A DNA stretch of 64,000 bases from assembly GCA_038087875.1 (NCBI GenBank), contig CM075983.1, positions 33,790,001 through 33,854,000 of the forward strand, given 5' to 3'. Position 1 is the first letter of the stretch. The number at the start of each line of letters is the position of its first letter. Positions 12,191 to 25,132 of the stretch are shown piece after piece. This DNA is from Malacoraja senta (Eukaryota). A model generated the notes under the pieces. The model was given only the letters and a program-made list of their open reading frames with translations. It was not told where the DNA came from and made no database searches. The position numbers and the translations under genes were made by a program.

Positions 12191-14686
12191 GGGTGTAATT
12201 ATAAGTTTGTTCACCAACCCATCAATTTGTGTCTAATATTTTCCCAGGCCAAAAAGGATGGGGGATGTAGTATGGACATTGTAAGATGGAATTGTCACTG
12301 CCAAGCAACTGGGCAAGAGGATGCTATATGGCAACTCTAGAGCTTAAAGATGCGCATTACCCAATGTCTGTTTATTTGCAGGATATTTGAAATTCATCTG
12401 GATGGATCAACTATGGCAACAAAATTGTTAAAACCTCTAATAGGCATGCTGAAAGGCCAGGGTATAGGTGTTCATGGCTTATCTCGATGATATCTTGATT
12501 ACAGGGGTATCCAAGAGAACAGCTGAAGTAACAGGTGATAGTTGTTAAATCCAATTTTCAAAGATTGGGCATTAGACATCCAGAGGAATCCAAATTAACA
12601 CCTGACTATTTGGGTCACAATTGATTCAATTAAGTGACTCTGCCCAGGGAAAAAAGGGTAGAGCTAATTGACAGGTGTATCAAGCTAATTGAGACATTAA
12701 GGATACATTCGGGTCATTATAATAGACCTATGCAGTTTTCAGTAAAGGCTATTCTGATTTGCAATGGTGGATTCACCATGTGTCCAGAAGTTATAGCAAG
12801 GTAATGCTTGACAAGCCTTCCATGATTTTGCAGATGAATGTCAGTGCACTCCGGTGAGGTGTCACGGATACGAGTTTCAGCTATGGAGGCAGATGGACTG
12901 AGCAAGAGGCATCGTTTGTGCAGACATGGGCAATTAACTATAAAGACGCTTATAGCTCTAACAAATGTTATCTGCAATGTTCAGTTTCAGATTGACAATA
13001 ATACGCAAGTGGCATATACATTAATGTGACAGATTGGCTAATCACATTTGGGCTGGTGCATGGAAAAATATATTTCAGCTATTTATCTACCAGGTAGATT
13101 CTACATAGTAGCAGACGCCAACTCACGAAAGTTCCATGACAACATAGATTGGATGTTGAACCAGGAGGTGTTCAATAATATAGTACTTGTATATGAATGC
13201 CAGATATCGATTTGTTTTGCATCAAGGTTCAACCATCAGCAGCCTAAATAGGTTTCATGGAAACCAGACCAGGTGGCAGTTGCAATTGATACTTTGACGT
13301 TACATTGGGGTGGTATGTTTTATATATTTTCCTACCATTTTGCCTAATAGGTCGGAGTCTGCAAGAAATCAAGCAGGATGCTGCTTTGGGGATGCTTGTA
13401 ATACCTAATTGGCCGAATCAAGCATGGTTCCCTTTGATGTTACAGTTAGGGATCCAACCTCTTTTGGTGGTTCCCAAGCGTAGGAATTGACTGGAGCATC
13501 CGCTAACAAGGGAAAGTCATCTGTTATGTGATTGTATTGACTTGTTAGTTTGCAGGTTTTAAGAAGGCCATACCTGAAGCAAGGACTGACTGGGTGAACG
13601 GTGGACATGCGCACTGTAGCCTGGAGAAAGAGTACTCAAAAGGGGTATATTACTTATGTAAAAAAAAAATGTGAGCAATATAGTGTACAAAATAATATTG
13701 ACTGTAGTACTGCAGGTATTGTGGATATTTCAGAGTTCCTGTTGACACTCTACGATGATGAGGAGCTCAGTTATAGCACCATTAATACAGCTTTAAGTGC
13801 TTTGTCATCGTATGGTTTTGATGGGGTCAGGAAAGATCCTATTGAGTTTCATCATATCATAGCTGGATTGATGAAAGGAATTTCAACTCTGAACTTCCTA
13901 AACCCAGGTATATGGCGATCTGGGATGTAAGTGTGTTCCTCAAGATTCTTCGACAGTAGGTTCCTGTCATGTCTCTGAATTTGCCAGACTAATCATGAAA
14001 GTGTTTATGCTCTTGGCATTGGTTCAGCATAGCAAGTGCAGATTTTGCAAAAACTTCTGCTAGTCAGGATGGAAGTTCCTGAAGAGAATGTTATGTTATA
14101 TAATTGCGTACTGCTTAAGCAGAGCAGGCCAGGTGTCACAGGTTTGTTAAAATTGTGTTTCAGCATAACCTACCGATCCATGTTTATGTGTAATGGCACA
14201 TTTATTTTCATTATATTGAAGCTATAAAGACCTTAAGAAATGTGGAAACAGCATTGTTTATCAGTTACATGAAGCCACACAGGAGAGTGTTAGTGCAGAC
14301 TATCTCAAGGTGGTTTAAAGCAAATGTTGATTAAGGCAGGTATTAACACTGAAGTGTATATATCCTTTTTTCCACTAGTGCAGCAGCAACGTCGTCGGCT
14401 AGGGCGATGGATGTTCACAGCGGCCATTTTTAAAATTTATTTTTATTTGACCATCGGCCGATCGCCGATCAGAGAAAGGCTGTTTGCAAATTCAGGATTA
14501 ATTCCTGTTTAGTTTCCACTGGGATAGAGGGGTTACTGGTTGTTTTGATTATTCAAATCAATTGTTACTGCATGATATTCACATTTCATTTTTAACGCAT
14601 TATTAATTGTTTCTCATCGAAAGTCAATCAATGCAGTGAGAAGCCGGGATTTCGATCTGCGGCATAAAATCACAGAGCTTTGAACC

Positions 14687-14788
14687 CTTCACGTAGTCAC
14701 AAACGTGACTCCGAAGTAAAATAGTAAGATTAAACGAGAACTTACCAAGTTTGTTCTTTATTTTATGAGGAGTTACGTTGGTGATTAC
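14687..14788 (+). other. DIRS #1 internal complementary region (ICR)
   Basis: First part is the reverse complement of the element's left end (10091-10125); second part is the reverse complement of the right end (~14946-15022) apart from a small indel. Confidence 0.9.
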
Positions 14789-15299
14789 CTGCCCGCCACG
14801 CCCAACCCTCTCTCATTAAAAAAAGGTCTTATGGTAGTTCTCATGTTGCTCATCTTAATATGTTACTTCAAATATTGTGTTATCTGTGATTTCATACCGC
14901 TGCTTTGAAGATTGACGCGCATGCGCCCTGACGGGTCTTCTTCACGTAATCACCAACGTAACTCCTCATAAAATGAAGATCAAACTTCAAACTTGGTAAG
15001 TTCTCGTTTAATCTTACTATTTGGTTCTACAAGTAACAATTTAAATGAACATTAATGCCATGTGTGATATGCCCGAGCTCCGTTGTGCATTGCCTTGGTC
15101 AGTATAATCGCAGACTAATCTGTTCAGCTAATCTGTGTTGCTTGAGGGGCGAACATTTTCCAGATCTCTGGTAATGGTGCTATCGGTCTACAACTGTAAG
15201 GGCATCACCTGCCCCCACCTGGGGATCAAGGATCACACAAGTGAATGGATAATGATCAGAATTAGTGGCCACAATTCATTTTTATAATGTTTATTTACC

Positions 15300-15465
15300 A
15301 AAAACTGCAAAGCGCTGGCGGATCAGGCAGCATCTCTGGAGGATATGGATAGGAGACATTTTAGGTCAGGACCCTTCTTCAGTCTGCCTGACCTGCTGAG
15401 TTACTCCAGCAATTTGTGTGTGCTTTTCTTGGTGCACCAGCAACTTCACTACCTTGTATCTCTAT
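15300..15465. mobile_element. Short Penelope-derived inverted remnant
   Basis: caggcagcatctctggag...acccttcttcagtc...cctgctgagttactccagca, the same motif as 41740-41955 and 45665-46296. Confidence 0.5.
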
Positions 15466-15751
15466 GAAGCCTCTCCTTTTGTGAATGTGGTGTAAGTGTA
15501 TTGTCAGTACTAGTAAACCCTGTTGAATGGGTGGTGTTTATTCCTGATGGGAAAGGGATGTAGTATAAAAGTACATGATTCTTGATTCAAAATTAGATTC
15601 TTGATAAGTACGGGTGTGGGAGGTTTTGGGGGGAAGGCAGGAGAATGGGGTTAGAAGAGAGAGTAAGAGATCAGCCATGATTGAATGGCAGAGTAGGCTT
15701 GATGGGCCAAATGGTCTAATATAGAAGGCTAAGAGACCAAGATAAACTGCA

Positions 15752-15879
15752 AAATCCAATGGACTGACGTGGATTAAACTGCGAGAGGCATAACAGGGAT
15801 CGTGGTCTTATTCCTAAAATGGCGGAAGTGACGTTCCATTGCGTTCCGTTGCATACTACACGTCAGTCCACTGGATTTC
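15752..15879. mobile_element. Small MITE-like inverted repeat
   Basis: aaatccaatggactgacgt ... acgtcagtccactggattt. Confidence 0.4.
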
Positions 15880-15915
15880 GTAGGAGTCGTCTACCTTGCT
15901 CCTCTAGTATCTTTG

Positions 15916-17156
15916 GTGTAAACTACCCAAGCAAAATATGAGGTTCTGCTCCTCCAATTTATGGTGGGCCTCACTCTGACCATGGAGGAGGCCCAGGACA
16001 GGAAGGTCGGATTCAGAATGGGAGGGGGAGTTGAAGTGCTGAGCCACCGGGAGATCAGGTTGGTTATTGCGAACCGAGCGGGGGTGTTGGGCGAAGCGAT
16101 CGCCAAGCCAATGCTTGGTCTCACCGATGTAGAGCAGCTGACAACTAGAGCAGCGGATGCAATAGATGAGGTTGGAGGAGGTGCAGGTGAACCTCTGCCG
16201 CACCTGGACAGACTGCTTGGGTCCTTGGATGGAGTCAAGGGAGGAGGTAAAGCGACAAGTGTAGCATTTCCTGCAGTTGCAAGCGAAAGTGCCAGGAGAG
16301 GGGGTGGTTTGGGTGGGAAAGGACAAATTGACCAGGGAGTTATGGAGGGAGCAGTCTCTGCAGAAAACTGAAAGGGGAGGAGATGGGAAGATGTGGCCAG
16401 TGGAGGGATCCCGTTGGAGGTGGCGAAAATGTCGGAGGTTTATTTATTGTATGTGACGGCTGGTAGGGTGGAAGGTGAGGACAAGAGGGAATCTGCCCTT
16501 CTTACGAGTGGGGGGGATCAGGAGTGAGAGCAGAGTTACGGGGTATAGAAGAGACCCTGGTGAGAGCCTCATCTATAGTAGAAGAGGGGAACCCCCGTTC
16601 CCTAAACAATGAGGACATCTCCGATGCCCTGATTTGGAACACCTCATCCTGGGTGCAGATGCAGCGTAGACGGATGAATTGGGAAGGGGATGGAGTCCTT
16701 ACAGGAAACAGGGTGGGAAGAAGTGTAGTCCAGGTAGCCATGGGAGTCGGTGGGCTTATAGTAGATGTCGGTCAGTAGTCTGTCACCTGCGATGGAGATA
16801 GTGAGGTCTAGAAACGGTAGGGAGATGTCGGAAATAGTCCAGGTGTATTTGAGTGCCGGATGGAAGTTAGTGGTGAAATGGATGAAGTCAGTGAGTTGTG
16901 TATGGGTGCAGGAGTTAGCACCAATGCAGTCGTCGATGTAGCGGAGGTAGAGTTCAGGGATAGGGCCACGGTATGCCTCGAACATGGATTATTCGATGTA
17001 CCCTACAAAGAGGCAGGCATAGCTTGGGCCCATGCGCGTGCCCATAGCTACGCCTTGGATATGGAGGAAATGGGAGGAGTCAAACAAAGTTGTTAAGGGT
17101 AAGGACCAGCTCCGCTAGGCAGAGGACAGCATCAGTAGATGGGGATGGGTTGGTTA
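15916..17156 (-). mobile_element. Penelope-like retroelement, truncated: RT C-terminal part plus GIY-YIG endonuclease, frameshifted
   Basis: YLRYIDDCIG, LPFLDLTI and YYKPTDSHGYL (PLE RT); FTCTSSNLIYCIRCSSCQLLYIGETK...RFAQH (GIY-YIG). Confidence 0.92.
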
Positions 17157-17162
17157 AATGTT

Positions 17163-18913
17163 TTCAATGTGATCATGGCTGATCATCCACAATCAGTACC
17201 CCATTCCTGCCTTCTCCCCATATCCCTTGATTCCGCTAGCCCTAAGAGCTCTATCTAACTCTCTTTTGAATGCATCCAGTGAATTGGCCTCCACTGCCTT
17301 CTGAGGCAGAGAATTCCACAAATTAACAACTCTCTGGGTGAAAAAGGTTTTCCCCATCTCAGTTCGAAATGGCCCACCCCTTATTCGTAAACTATGGCCC
17401 CTGATTCTCGACTCCCCCAACATCGGGAACATGTTTCCTGCATCTAGCTAGTCCAATCCCTTAATAATTTTATATGTTTCTATAAGATTCCCTCTCATCC
17501 TTCTAAATTCCAGCGAATATGAGTCCAGTCATTCCATCTTTCATCATATGATAATCCCGACATCCCGGGAATTAACCTCGTGAACCTACGCTGCACTCCC
17601 TCAAATTCAAGAATGTTCTTCCTCAACTTAGGAGAACAAAACTACACACAATACACCAGGTGTGGTCACGCCAGGGCCCTGTACAACTGCAGAAGGACCT
17701 CTTTGCTCCTATATTCAAATCCTCTCGTTATGAAGGCCAACATGCCATTAGCTTTCTTCACTGACTGCTGTACCTGCATGATTACTTTCAGTGAATGATG
17801 TACAAGGACACCCAGGTCTCGTTGCATTTCCCCTTTTCTTAATCTGACACCATTCAGATACTAATCTGCCTTCTTGTTCTTGCCACCAAAATGGATAACC
17901 TCACATTTATACACGTTATACTGCATCTGCCATGCATCTGCCCACTCACTCAACCTATCCAAGTCACCCTGCATCCTCATAGCATCATCTTCATAGTTCA
18001 CACTGCCACCCAGCTTTGTGGCATCTGCAAATTTGCTAATGTTACTTTTAATTCCTTTATCTAAATCATTAATATATATTGTAAATAGCTGTGGTCCCAG
18101 CACTGAGCCTTGCGGCACCCCACTAGTCACTGCCTGCCATTCTGAAAGGGACCCGTTAACTCCTACTTTTTTGTTTCCTGTCTACCAACCAATTTTCTAT
18201 CCATGTCAATACCCTATCCCCAATACCATGTGCTCTAACGTTGCCCACTAATCTCCTGTGTGGGACATTATCAAAGGTTTTCTGAAAGTCTAGATACACT
18301 ACATCCACTGGCTCTTCCTTATCCATTTTACTTGTTACATCCTCAAAAAATTCCAGAAGATTAGTTAAGCAAGTTTTCCCCTTCATAAATCCATGGTGGC
18401 TTGAACCGATCCTGTTTCTGCTATCCAAATGCTATTACATCTTTGATAATTAATTCCAGCAGCTTCCTCACCACCGATGTCAAGCTAACTTGACTATAAT
18501 TCCCTATTTTCTCTCTCCCTCCTTTCTTAAAAAGTGGGATAACATTAGCTACACTCCAATCCACAGGAACTGATCCTGAATCTATAGAACATTGGAAAAT
18601 GATCACCAATGCTTCCACGATTTCTAGAGCCACCTCCTTGAGTACCCTGGAATGCAGACCATCAGGCGCTGGGGATTTATCAGCCTTCAGTCCCGTCAGT
18701 CTAACCAACCATTTCCTGACTAATGTGAATTTCCTTCAGTTCCTCCATCAGCCTTGATAATCTGTCCCCACGTACTTCTGGGAGATTGTTTGTGTCTTCC
18801 TTAATGAAGACAGAACCAAAGTACCTGTTCAACGCGCCTGCCATTTCCTTGTTCCCCATAATAAATTCACCTCTTTCTGTCCTCAAGGGACCCACATTTG
18901 TCTTAACTAATCT
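17163..18913 (-). mobile_element. CR1 (HER1-like) LINE ORF2 RT and 3' end; continues upstream at 24814-25132, split by DIRS #2
   Basis: KSPAPDGLH, HGFMKGKTCLTNL, VYLDFQKTFD, SGVPQGSVLGPQLF and KFADATK motifs, with frameshifts. Confidence 0.93.
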
Positions 18914-19372
18914 ATTTTACTTCGGAGTCACGTGAGTGACTACGTGAAGACCCCGCCAGCATGCATGCGCGACATATCGTCTATCGCATTGCGTAAACAA
19001 CAGGCTGGGGGGAGCGCTGCTCCACCAGCGGACCAACCTGAAGGTAAGTTTTACATTTTTCCAGGTTGTGTTTTGCAGGAATCTCTGTAAGCCTTACAGA
19101 GGTCCTGCTTTATTTCGGCGAAGTCGGCCGGGCCGCGGGAGACTTTATGGACTGCGAGGAACCCCAGTCGCTGACCACAGAGTCGGGGAAACCCGCCCAC
19201 GTATCGCGGGGAACCCGCAATGGAGGCCCCGATGCGGGTAGAGGGCGGCGGTTGAGTTCCCTTTTTCGAGTCGCTGGCAGTGGAGCCAGCAGCTTCAAAC
19301 TGGTGGCAACCCACTGGAGGGTAAGCCAATATTTTTTCCAGGGACCGCAGAGGCAGCTGTGAGAACCGCAGG

Positions 19373-19760
19373 GACATGGATCTCGTGGGGATCCCTTCTA
19401 CAAGGACTGTAGAGGGAGTACCGGCTGCAAGAACCGCGGGGATACCAGGCTCGGTGGAAAAACCCGACATGGATCTCGCGCGGATCCTTCTGCAATGACT
19501 GCAGAGGGAATTCCGGCTGCAAGAACCACGGGGATACCATGCTCGTGGAAAAACACGACATGGATCTCGCGGGGATCCCTTCTACAAGGACTGTAGAGGG
19601 AGTACCGGCTGCAAGAACCACGGGGATACCAGGCTCGGTGCAAAACCCGACATGGATTTTGCAGGAAACCCCTTCTACAAGGACTGTAGAGGGAGTACCG
19701 GCTGCGAGAACTATGGGGGGAAACCCGATATGGGCTTTGCGGGGAATCCCTTCTACAGGG
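19373..19760 (+). repeat. ~92-bp GC-rich tandem array (~4.5 copies) in the DIRS #2 leader
   Basis: Units beginning gacatggat at 19373, 19466, 19557 and 19649, with a partial unit at 19727. Confidence 0.9.
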
Positions 19761-21100
19761 GCCACAGGGAACCACTACGGAGACCGCAGACTGCGGGTAG
19801 CGGGCAGCGGTCGAATCTGATTTTTCCAGATATGACCTGCAGGTAAGTTCTTTACTCTGGGGTCGTATTTTGTTCCACTTCTGTGTTACTGGGAAGGAAC
19901 TATGGACAAGTCAGTAACGAAGTCCAAACGGGCTGCATCCAGACTGGCTGAACCGCAGAAGTACGGGCAGTCAGCAGCAGCCGACTGCATCTGGATCGCA
20001 ATCTATGCGGTCAGCATTCTCCGTCCCGGCACCTGTACAGTCTGAATCAACACTACAGACTGGCGGAAAGACCAAGCAGAGGACGGACAGGCCATAGACT
20101 CGGACGAGTCGGGCCGTGAAGAATCACCGCCGGCAGGCAGCGACCGAGATCGCATATCCCGCATGGGCGGTTGATGGAGCAGATGCTCCAATGTGACGTG
20201 CTCCAGGATATGGAGCCTTGTCACCATGGGCCTCCTAGGACGGCCATGGCAGAACCTCGTTGAGGGCTGCATAATGCATCTCCCTCGATAGAGGGGAGCA
20301 TTAGGAGTCACTTCTGGGCTGACTCTGAAGACATGGGGTTGGCTGAAGATGCCACAAGTCTCCTATGCACCCACCAGCAGACACTGAAGCTGGTGAAAGC
20401 CGAAGGCCATACGATCAGAACAGAGGTCTTTTTTAGACCACGGCCCAGAATGGCCTTCGTGGAAGATGTGCCAACCCCGCAAGAGTGTGGAAGGCATGTC
20501 AGGCAGCAGCTCCTGGTTCAGGGTTGCAAATTTCCTCCCACTCAAATGAGCCGGAGTGGTAGAGGGTGCTACTGAAGTGCACATATGCCTGAAGCGACAC
20601 CTGTTTCAGGGTTGCAATTCCTCCCACTCGATAAAACAGATGGATGCAGATGGTGCTTACCTAAGGCAGCTCCTGACTCGGGTTGCATAAGTCCTACCAT
20701 TCGGATGGATGAAGCTGATTGAAGGATGAAGCTGGTTGAGGCAGCTCCTTGGCAGGTTGCATAAGTCCTCCCATTTGGAGTATGAAGGAGAAGCTTCCGA
20801 TTACGGATACTAGTTGGTAATATTTACACTTGGGGTTTACAGATCAGATTAGCTTATACTGCACAGCATTCAAGCACCAGAGTTCTCGAAAACATGGTTG
20901 GCGTTGCCTTTTTAGGCAGAATTGCAATTGGGGCAATAAGGCCTGTTCATTGTTAACAGTTACAACTCGTTTGTGCAGTATAGACATTTCTGAATAGGGA
21001 ACTTCGTGACTGTTAACTACCATGGGATCAGTTTCCATTCACAAGGCACCAGAGGTATTTCAAAATTTAGCTGGAATTGAGTTCTCATCCATCCAGTTAA

Positions 21101-22518
21101 TTTTTTTTTTTTTTTTTTTGTGGTAATATTTTTTATTATTGGAGGTAAATACATATCATATTAAAATCGTTACCAGTCTTTCATTTCTAAATTAATAATC
21201 TTGTCAAACATTATTCACATTGTCTCCAATGATTTTTTTTTTTTTTAAAGTAAATAGAAATAAAAAAATAGATGAAAGAAAGAAAGAAAGAAAAGAGCGA
21301 AAAGAAGCGAAAAAAAAAGAAGAGAGAAAGAGATAATAAAGAAGTATGGAATAACTTACTAAGATAAAAAAACTTCATTCGAGATATATTCGTACGTTTC
21401 AGAGTATAACAATTCATCTATTCCTTGGTTCGAGTGCTAGTCAGTTTCCCGTGCTGAACCATTCTGACCCTTTAGATAATCAATAAATGGAGACCATGTT
21501 TCAACAAATAATTCTTGTTTGTCCAACAGGACAAGTCTAATTCTTTCCAAGTGTAAGGTCTCCGTCATTTCTATTATCCACATTTTAATTGTGGGGGTTA
21601 TAGGACCTTTCCAAAATTTTAGAATTAATTTTTCCCAGTTATTATACTATAATCAATAAAGTTTCTTTGAGTTTTTGTAAATGTTTGATTTAGTTCTAAT
21701 ATTCCTAGTATTATTAATTTTGGATCCGGGTCCAATTGAGTGCTGGTCACTATAGATATTATTCTGAAAATATTTGCCCAGAATTTTTTAATTTTTATAC
21801 AATTCGCAAACGTATGAGTTAAGTTAGCATCTAAATGTTGACGTTTATCACATATAGGGGAGATATGTGGGAAGATTTTATTTAATTTTGTTTTAGAATA
21901 ATGTAACCTATGTAGTACTTTAAATTGTATTAGAGAGTGTCTGGCATTTAATGAACATTGATGTATGTGTTGTAAACTTTCTTCCCAAGTATCTTTCGTT
22001 ATTATTTGATTTAGTTCTTTTTCCCATGTTTGTCTGTGTAACTCCGTCGATGGAGTCTCGCTGTCTAATAAAATATTATATGTGTAAGATATTAATTTTT
22101 CTGTATTAGGGTGTTTATTGAAACAGTCATCAAGAATTTCTGAATTTCTAATTCTAAAGTTTTGGGTACGTGCTTTTACATAATCCCTAAGTTGAAGATA
22201 TCTGAAAAAATCATTTACTTGAAGTCCATAAGTCTGTTGCAACTCCTGAAATGAAAGAAAAATGCCTTCTTTGTAAAGTTGTCCCATCATTTTAATTCCA
22301 TAATTTTTCCATTGTGTGAAACCTTTATCCAACCATGAGGGTTTGAATAAAGGATTATTCACATTTGGAAGAAAAAGTGATAAATTATCTAATTTTAATG
22401 TCTTTTTTAATTGTTTCCAAATTTGCATAGCACTATATATTATAGGATTTTCCCTATAAATTGTTTTGTTTAATTTAGAAGTAGCAAATAGTATCGAGCC
22501 GATTTCAAAAGGTAAACA
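21101..22518 (-). mobile_element. 5'-truncated L1-clade LINE with poly(A) tail and 12-bp TSD
   Basis: T-run at 21101-21119; TSD ccatccagttaa at 21089-21100 and 22519-22530; ORF 21625-22428 encodes the ORF2 C-terminus (FKVLHRLHY...CDK...HTFANC). Confidence 0.92.
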
Positions 22519-24813
22519 CCATCCAGTTAAATTTAAGTTAAATTTACGTTGATACCAACTGAAATGTCTGGAACTCCGCCCTGAGGCAAGAGATTGGAAT
22601 CAATTCTCAAGTACCATTGTTACCAGACCTTTCCTATTCCCGGCTGAAATTATCAAAGTCACCATGATGGACGAATAGTATCCAGCATTGCTCCATTAAC
22701 TTTTCATCAATTATCTTCAGTTAATTACAAACGGATGCTATTGCTCAAAGATGGAAAATTACTAATATCAGCTCTAAATTACGGAGACGGATGGGATTCG
22801 CATGAGTTACCAAATGTTCAGTTATATGGTATCAACTACTTACAGACAACAGGTGAATTCTGTGGATTAAGGGGTGCATGCTTAAGTCCAAGTTGATTCA
22901 CTTTGGTGGAGGTATATGTTGATCACATGGGTATAATCAGTCAAAGTATCTGGTGATAAATGACCTAACCTCATCTAGCACTGGTATATCATCAATTGTC
23001 AATACGGAATTGATGTTGGATCGCTAAGTGTTTAATGACATTGTGGCTCGATGAAACACTGAAGATCGAAATGTCTGCATCCAAGGCTCAATCACCAGTT
23101 GCAAAAATGTGGCATATCAATGGCGATGTATGTATTCTCGCTACACTGGGGAGGAATGTCTTCCTCCATTTTGCCTCATCAGACGGGACTTGCAAATTCA
23201 GCAAGCTCCTGCTTCAGGTATTTTCATAGAGCCTGCCTGGCTTCTACAGCCATTGTTCCCACTGATGTGGGGAATGATGACAGAACCTTATATGGTTAAT
23301 TCTAGACATAAAATTTGCTGGTTTTACCGTGACTCGGGGAACCATCCTTTGCAGGATATAACCTATGCTTTGATTACAGACTCTGCGAAGGCCATTCCTG
23401 CGGCTCAGGTTGTCAAACCATACCTTGGACGTGCTCACTGCAGATGCAGGGATAGCACCAAACAGTAGTAAGGGGATGGGAGGTATTTGTTTTATGTTAT
23501 ATTACATTCAGCTTGGCACGGATGACTGATGGCTTGAAGGTCAGTTTTGTATGGGATTGACAATTATCAAGTTAAGTGCTATTTACTGTGCCTAAAGTGC
23601 CTTCTCATCATGCTGGCTGCGGGGAACAGAATCCACTTCTGTTGGGTCTCACCCTCTGGGATTCAGGTAATGAAGGGTATCTTCAACTCTAAACCTCCCA
23701 GGCCTGGGTACGCAGAGATATAGGATGTTAACATTGTGCCACGTTGTTCGTCGGTGGGCTCCAGCTACATCCCTGTCTTTGGTAAAACTCGCCTACAAGT
23801 GGTTATGCCCATGGCACTGAGTTCAGCACAACGGGTCCAGACATGGCATTAGCAGTAACTGGACACGATGATAATATCTGTGGGCTAAATGACATTATGT
23901 TTATGACATAGCCAAGCAGAATAGACCAGGGGCATCAGGTCTAACTAGATTGTTCATATATCTCATGGACCTTTGGTTGTGTGTAGTCACACATCTACAC
24001 CAGAATGTAGGTCTCTAGAGCATTAAAGACACTGAACTAGCAATATTGTTAGTTACATTAGCCTTGTAAGAAGGGATTGCTGCAGACCATCTCCAGGTGG
24101 TTTTAAAGGGGCTGGCTTATACAGGAGTGAACACTAATATTCAAGTCTCAATCCACCAGGGCTGCAACTACCACAGCAGCAGGGTATGGAGGTTAGGGGT
24201 ACCACATCCTAGGGACTGCAGGGTGGTCAAACTAACAATCTTTCCAATCATTTATAACAACCCATTATCAGATTGGGGGTAGTTGCCAACTATGCTAGTT
24301 CTGTTTCATAGTTCCCTCTCGGTTGAGTGAGGTTACTATTATCATTGGTTGTTTATTAAAAGCATCAACATGTCTATATCTAAGTCATGTCTGAATGCAT
24401 TATTAATGATCACTCATCAGTAGTCAACTGATGCAGTGTGTGAAGCATGGACTCATTTCCACGGCATGAAATCACAGATCTTTAAAATCTTCACGTAGTC
24501 ACTCACGTGACTCCGAAGTAAAATAGTAAGATTAAACGAGAACTTACCAGTTTGAAGTTTGATCTTTATTATATGAGGAGTTACGTCGAGGGATTACATG
24601 CCCTCCACGCCCACCCTCTTGTAAAGATCAACTGGTATCCTAGTTCTGATCTTACTATGTTTATTTCATTACTATTACTGTGATTCCACACCGTTGCTTT
24701 GAAGAATGTCGCGCATGCGTGCTTGCGGGGTCGTCACGTAATCCCTTGACGTAACTCCTCATAAAATAAAGATCAAACTTCAAACTGGTAAGTTCTCGTT
24801 TAATCTTACTATT

Positions 24814-25132
24814 CTTCTTCACATACCTAAAGAAGCATTTACTATCCTCCTTTATATTCTTGGCTAGCTTACCTTTGTACTTCATCTTTTCTCCCTGTAT
24901 TGCCTTTTTAGTTACCTTCTGTTGATCTTTAAAGATTTCCCAATCCTCTGGCATCCCGCTCATCTTTGCCATGTTATACGTCTTCTCTTTTAGTTTTATA
25001 CTGCCCTTGACTTCCCTTGCCAGCCACGGTTGCCTCTTACTCCCCTTAGGATTTTTGTTCCTCGTTGGAATGAAATGATCCTGCATCTGCATTATTCCCA
25101 GAAATTCCTGCCATTGCTATTCCACCGTCATC
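24814..25132 (-). mobile_element. Upstream continuation of the CR1 LINE split by DIRS #2
   Basis: Minus ORF contains QPWLAREVKGSIKLKEK...LAKNIKEDSKCFFRYVK (CR1 linker) and joins to 18913. Confidence 0.88.

Larger units (their letters stand above)
10091..15022 (+). mobile_element. DIRS1-type tyrosine-recombinase retrotransposon #1, full length, heavily degenerate (gag, RT/RNaseH/MT, YR all disrupted)
   Basis: Left end attttacttcagagtcacgtttgtgactacgtgaagaagacccgtcagcgcgcatgcgcgtca; ICR 14687-14788 complementary to both ends; right ITR 14913-14948 plus extension ending cttactattt; fragments QFQIDNNT (RNaseH), FLPFCLIGRSLQEIKQD (MT) and AWRKSTQKGY...LSYSTINTALSALS (YR). Confidence 0.93.
18914..24813 (+). 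mobile_element. DIRS1-type retrotransposon #2, full length, degenerate; inserted in CR1 and containing an L1
   Basis: Left end attttacttcggagtcacgtgagtgactacgtgaaga; ICR 24489-24597; right end ...gttctcgtttaatcttactatt; MT remnant FSLHWGGM and YR remnants (gcacaacgggtccag = AQRVQ). Confidence 0.92.

Noticed and set aside
19051-19846. Multiple overlapping 60-156 aa ORFs
   Set aside because: Translations of the GC-rich 92-bp tandem array in the DIRS #2 leader.
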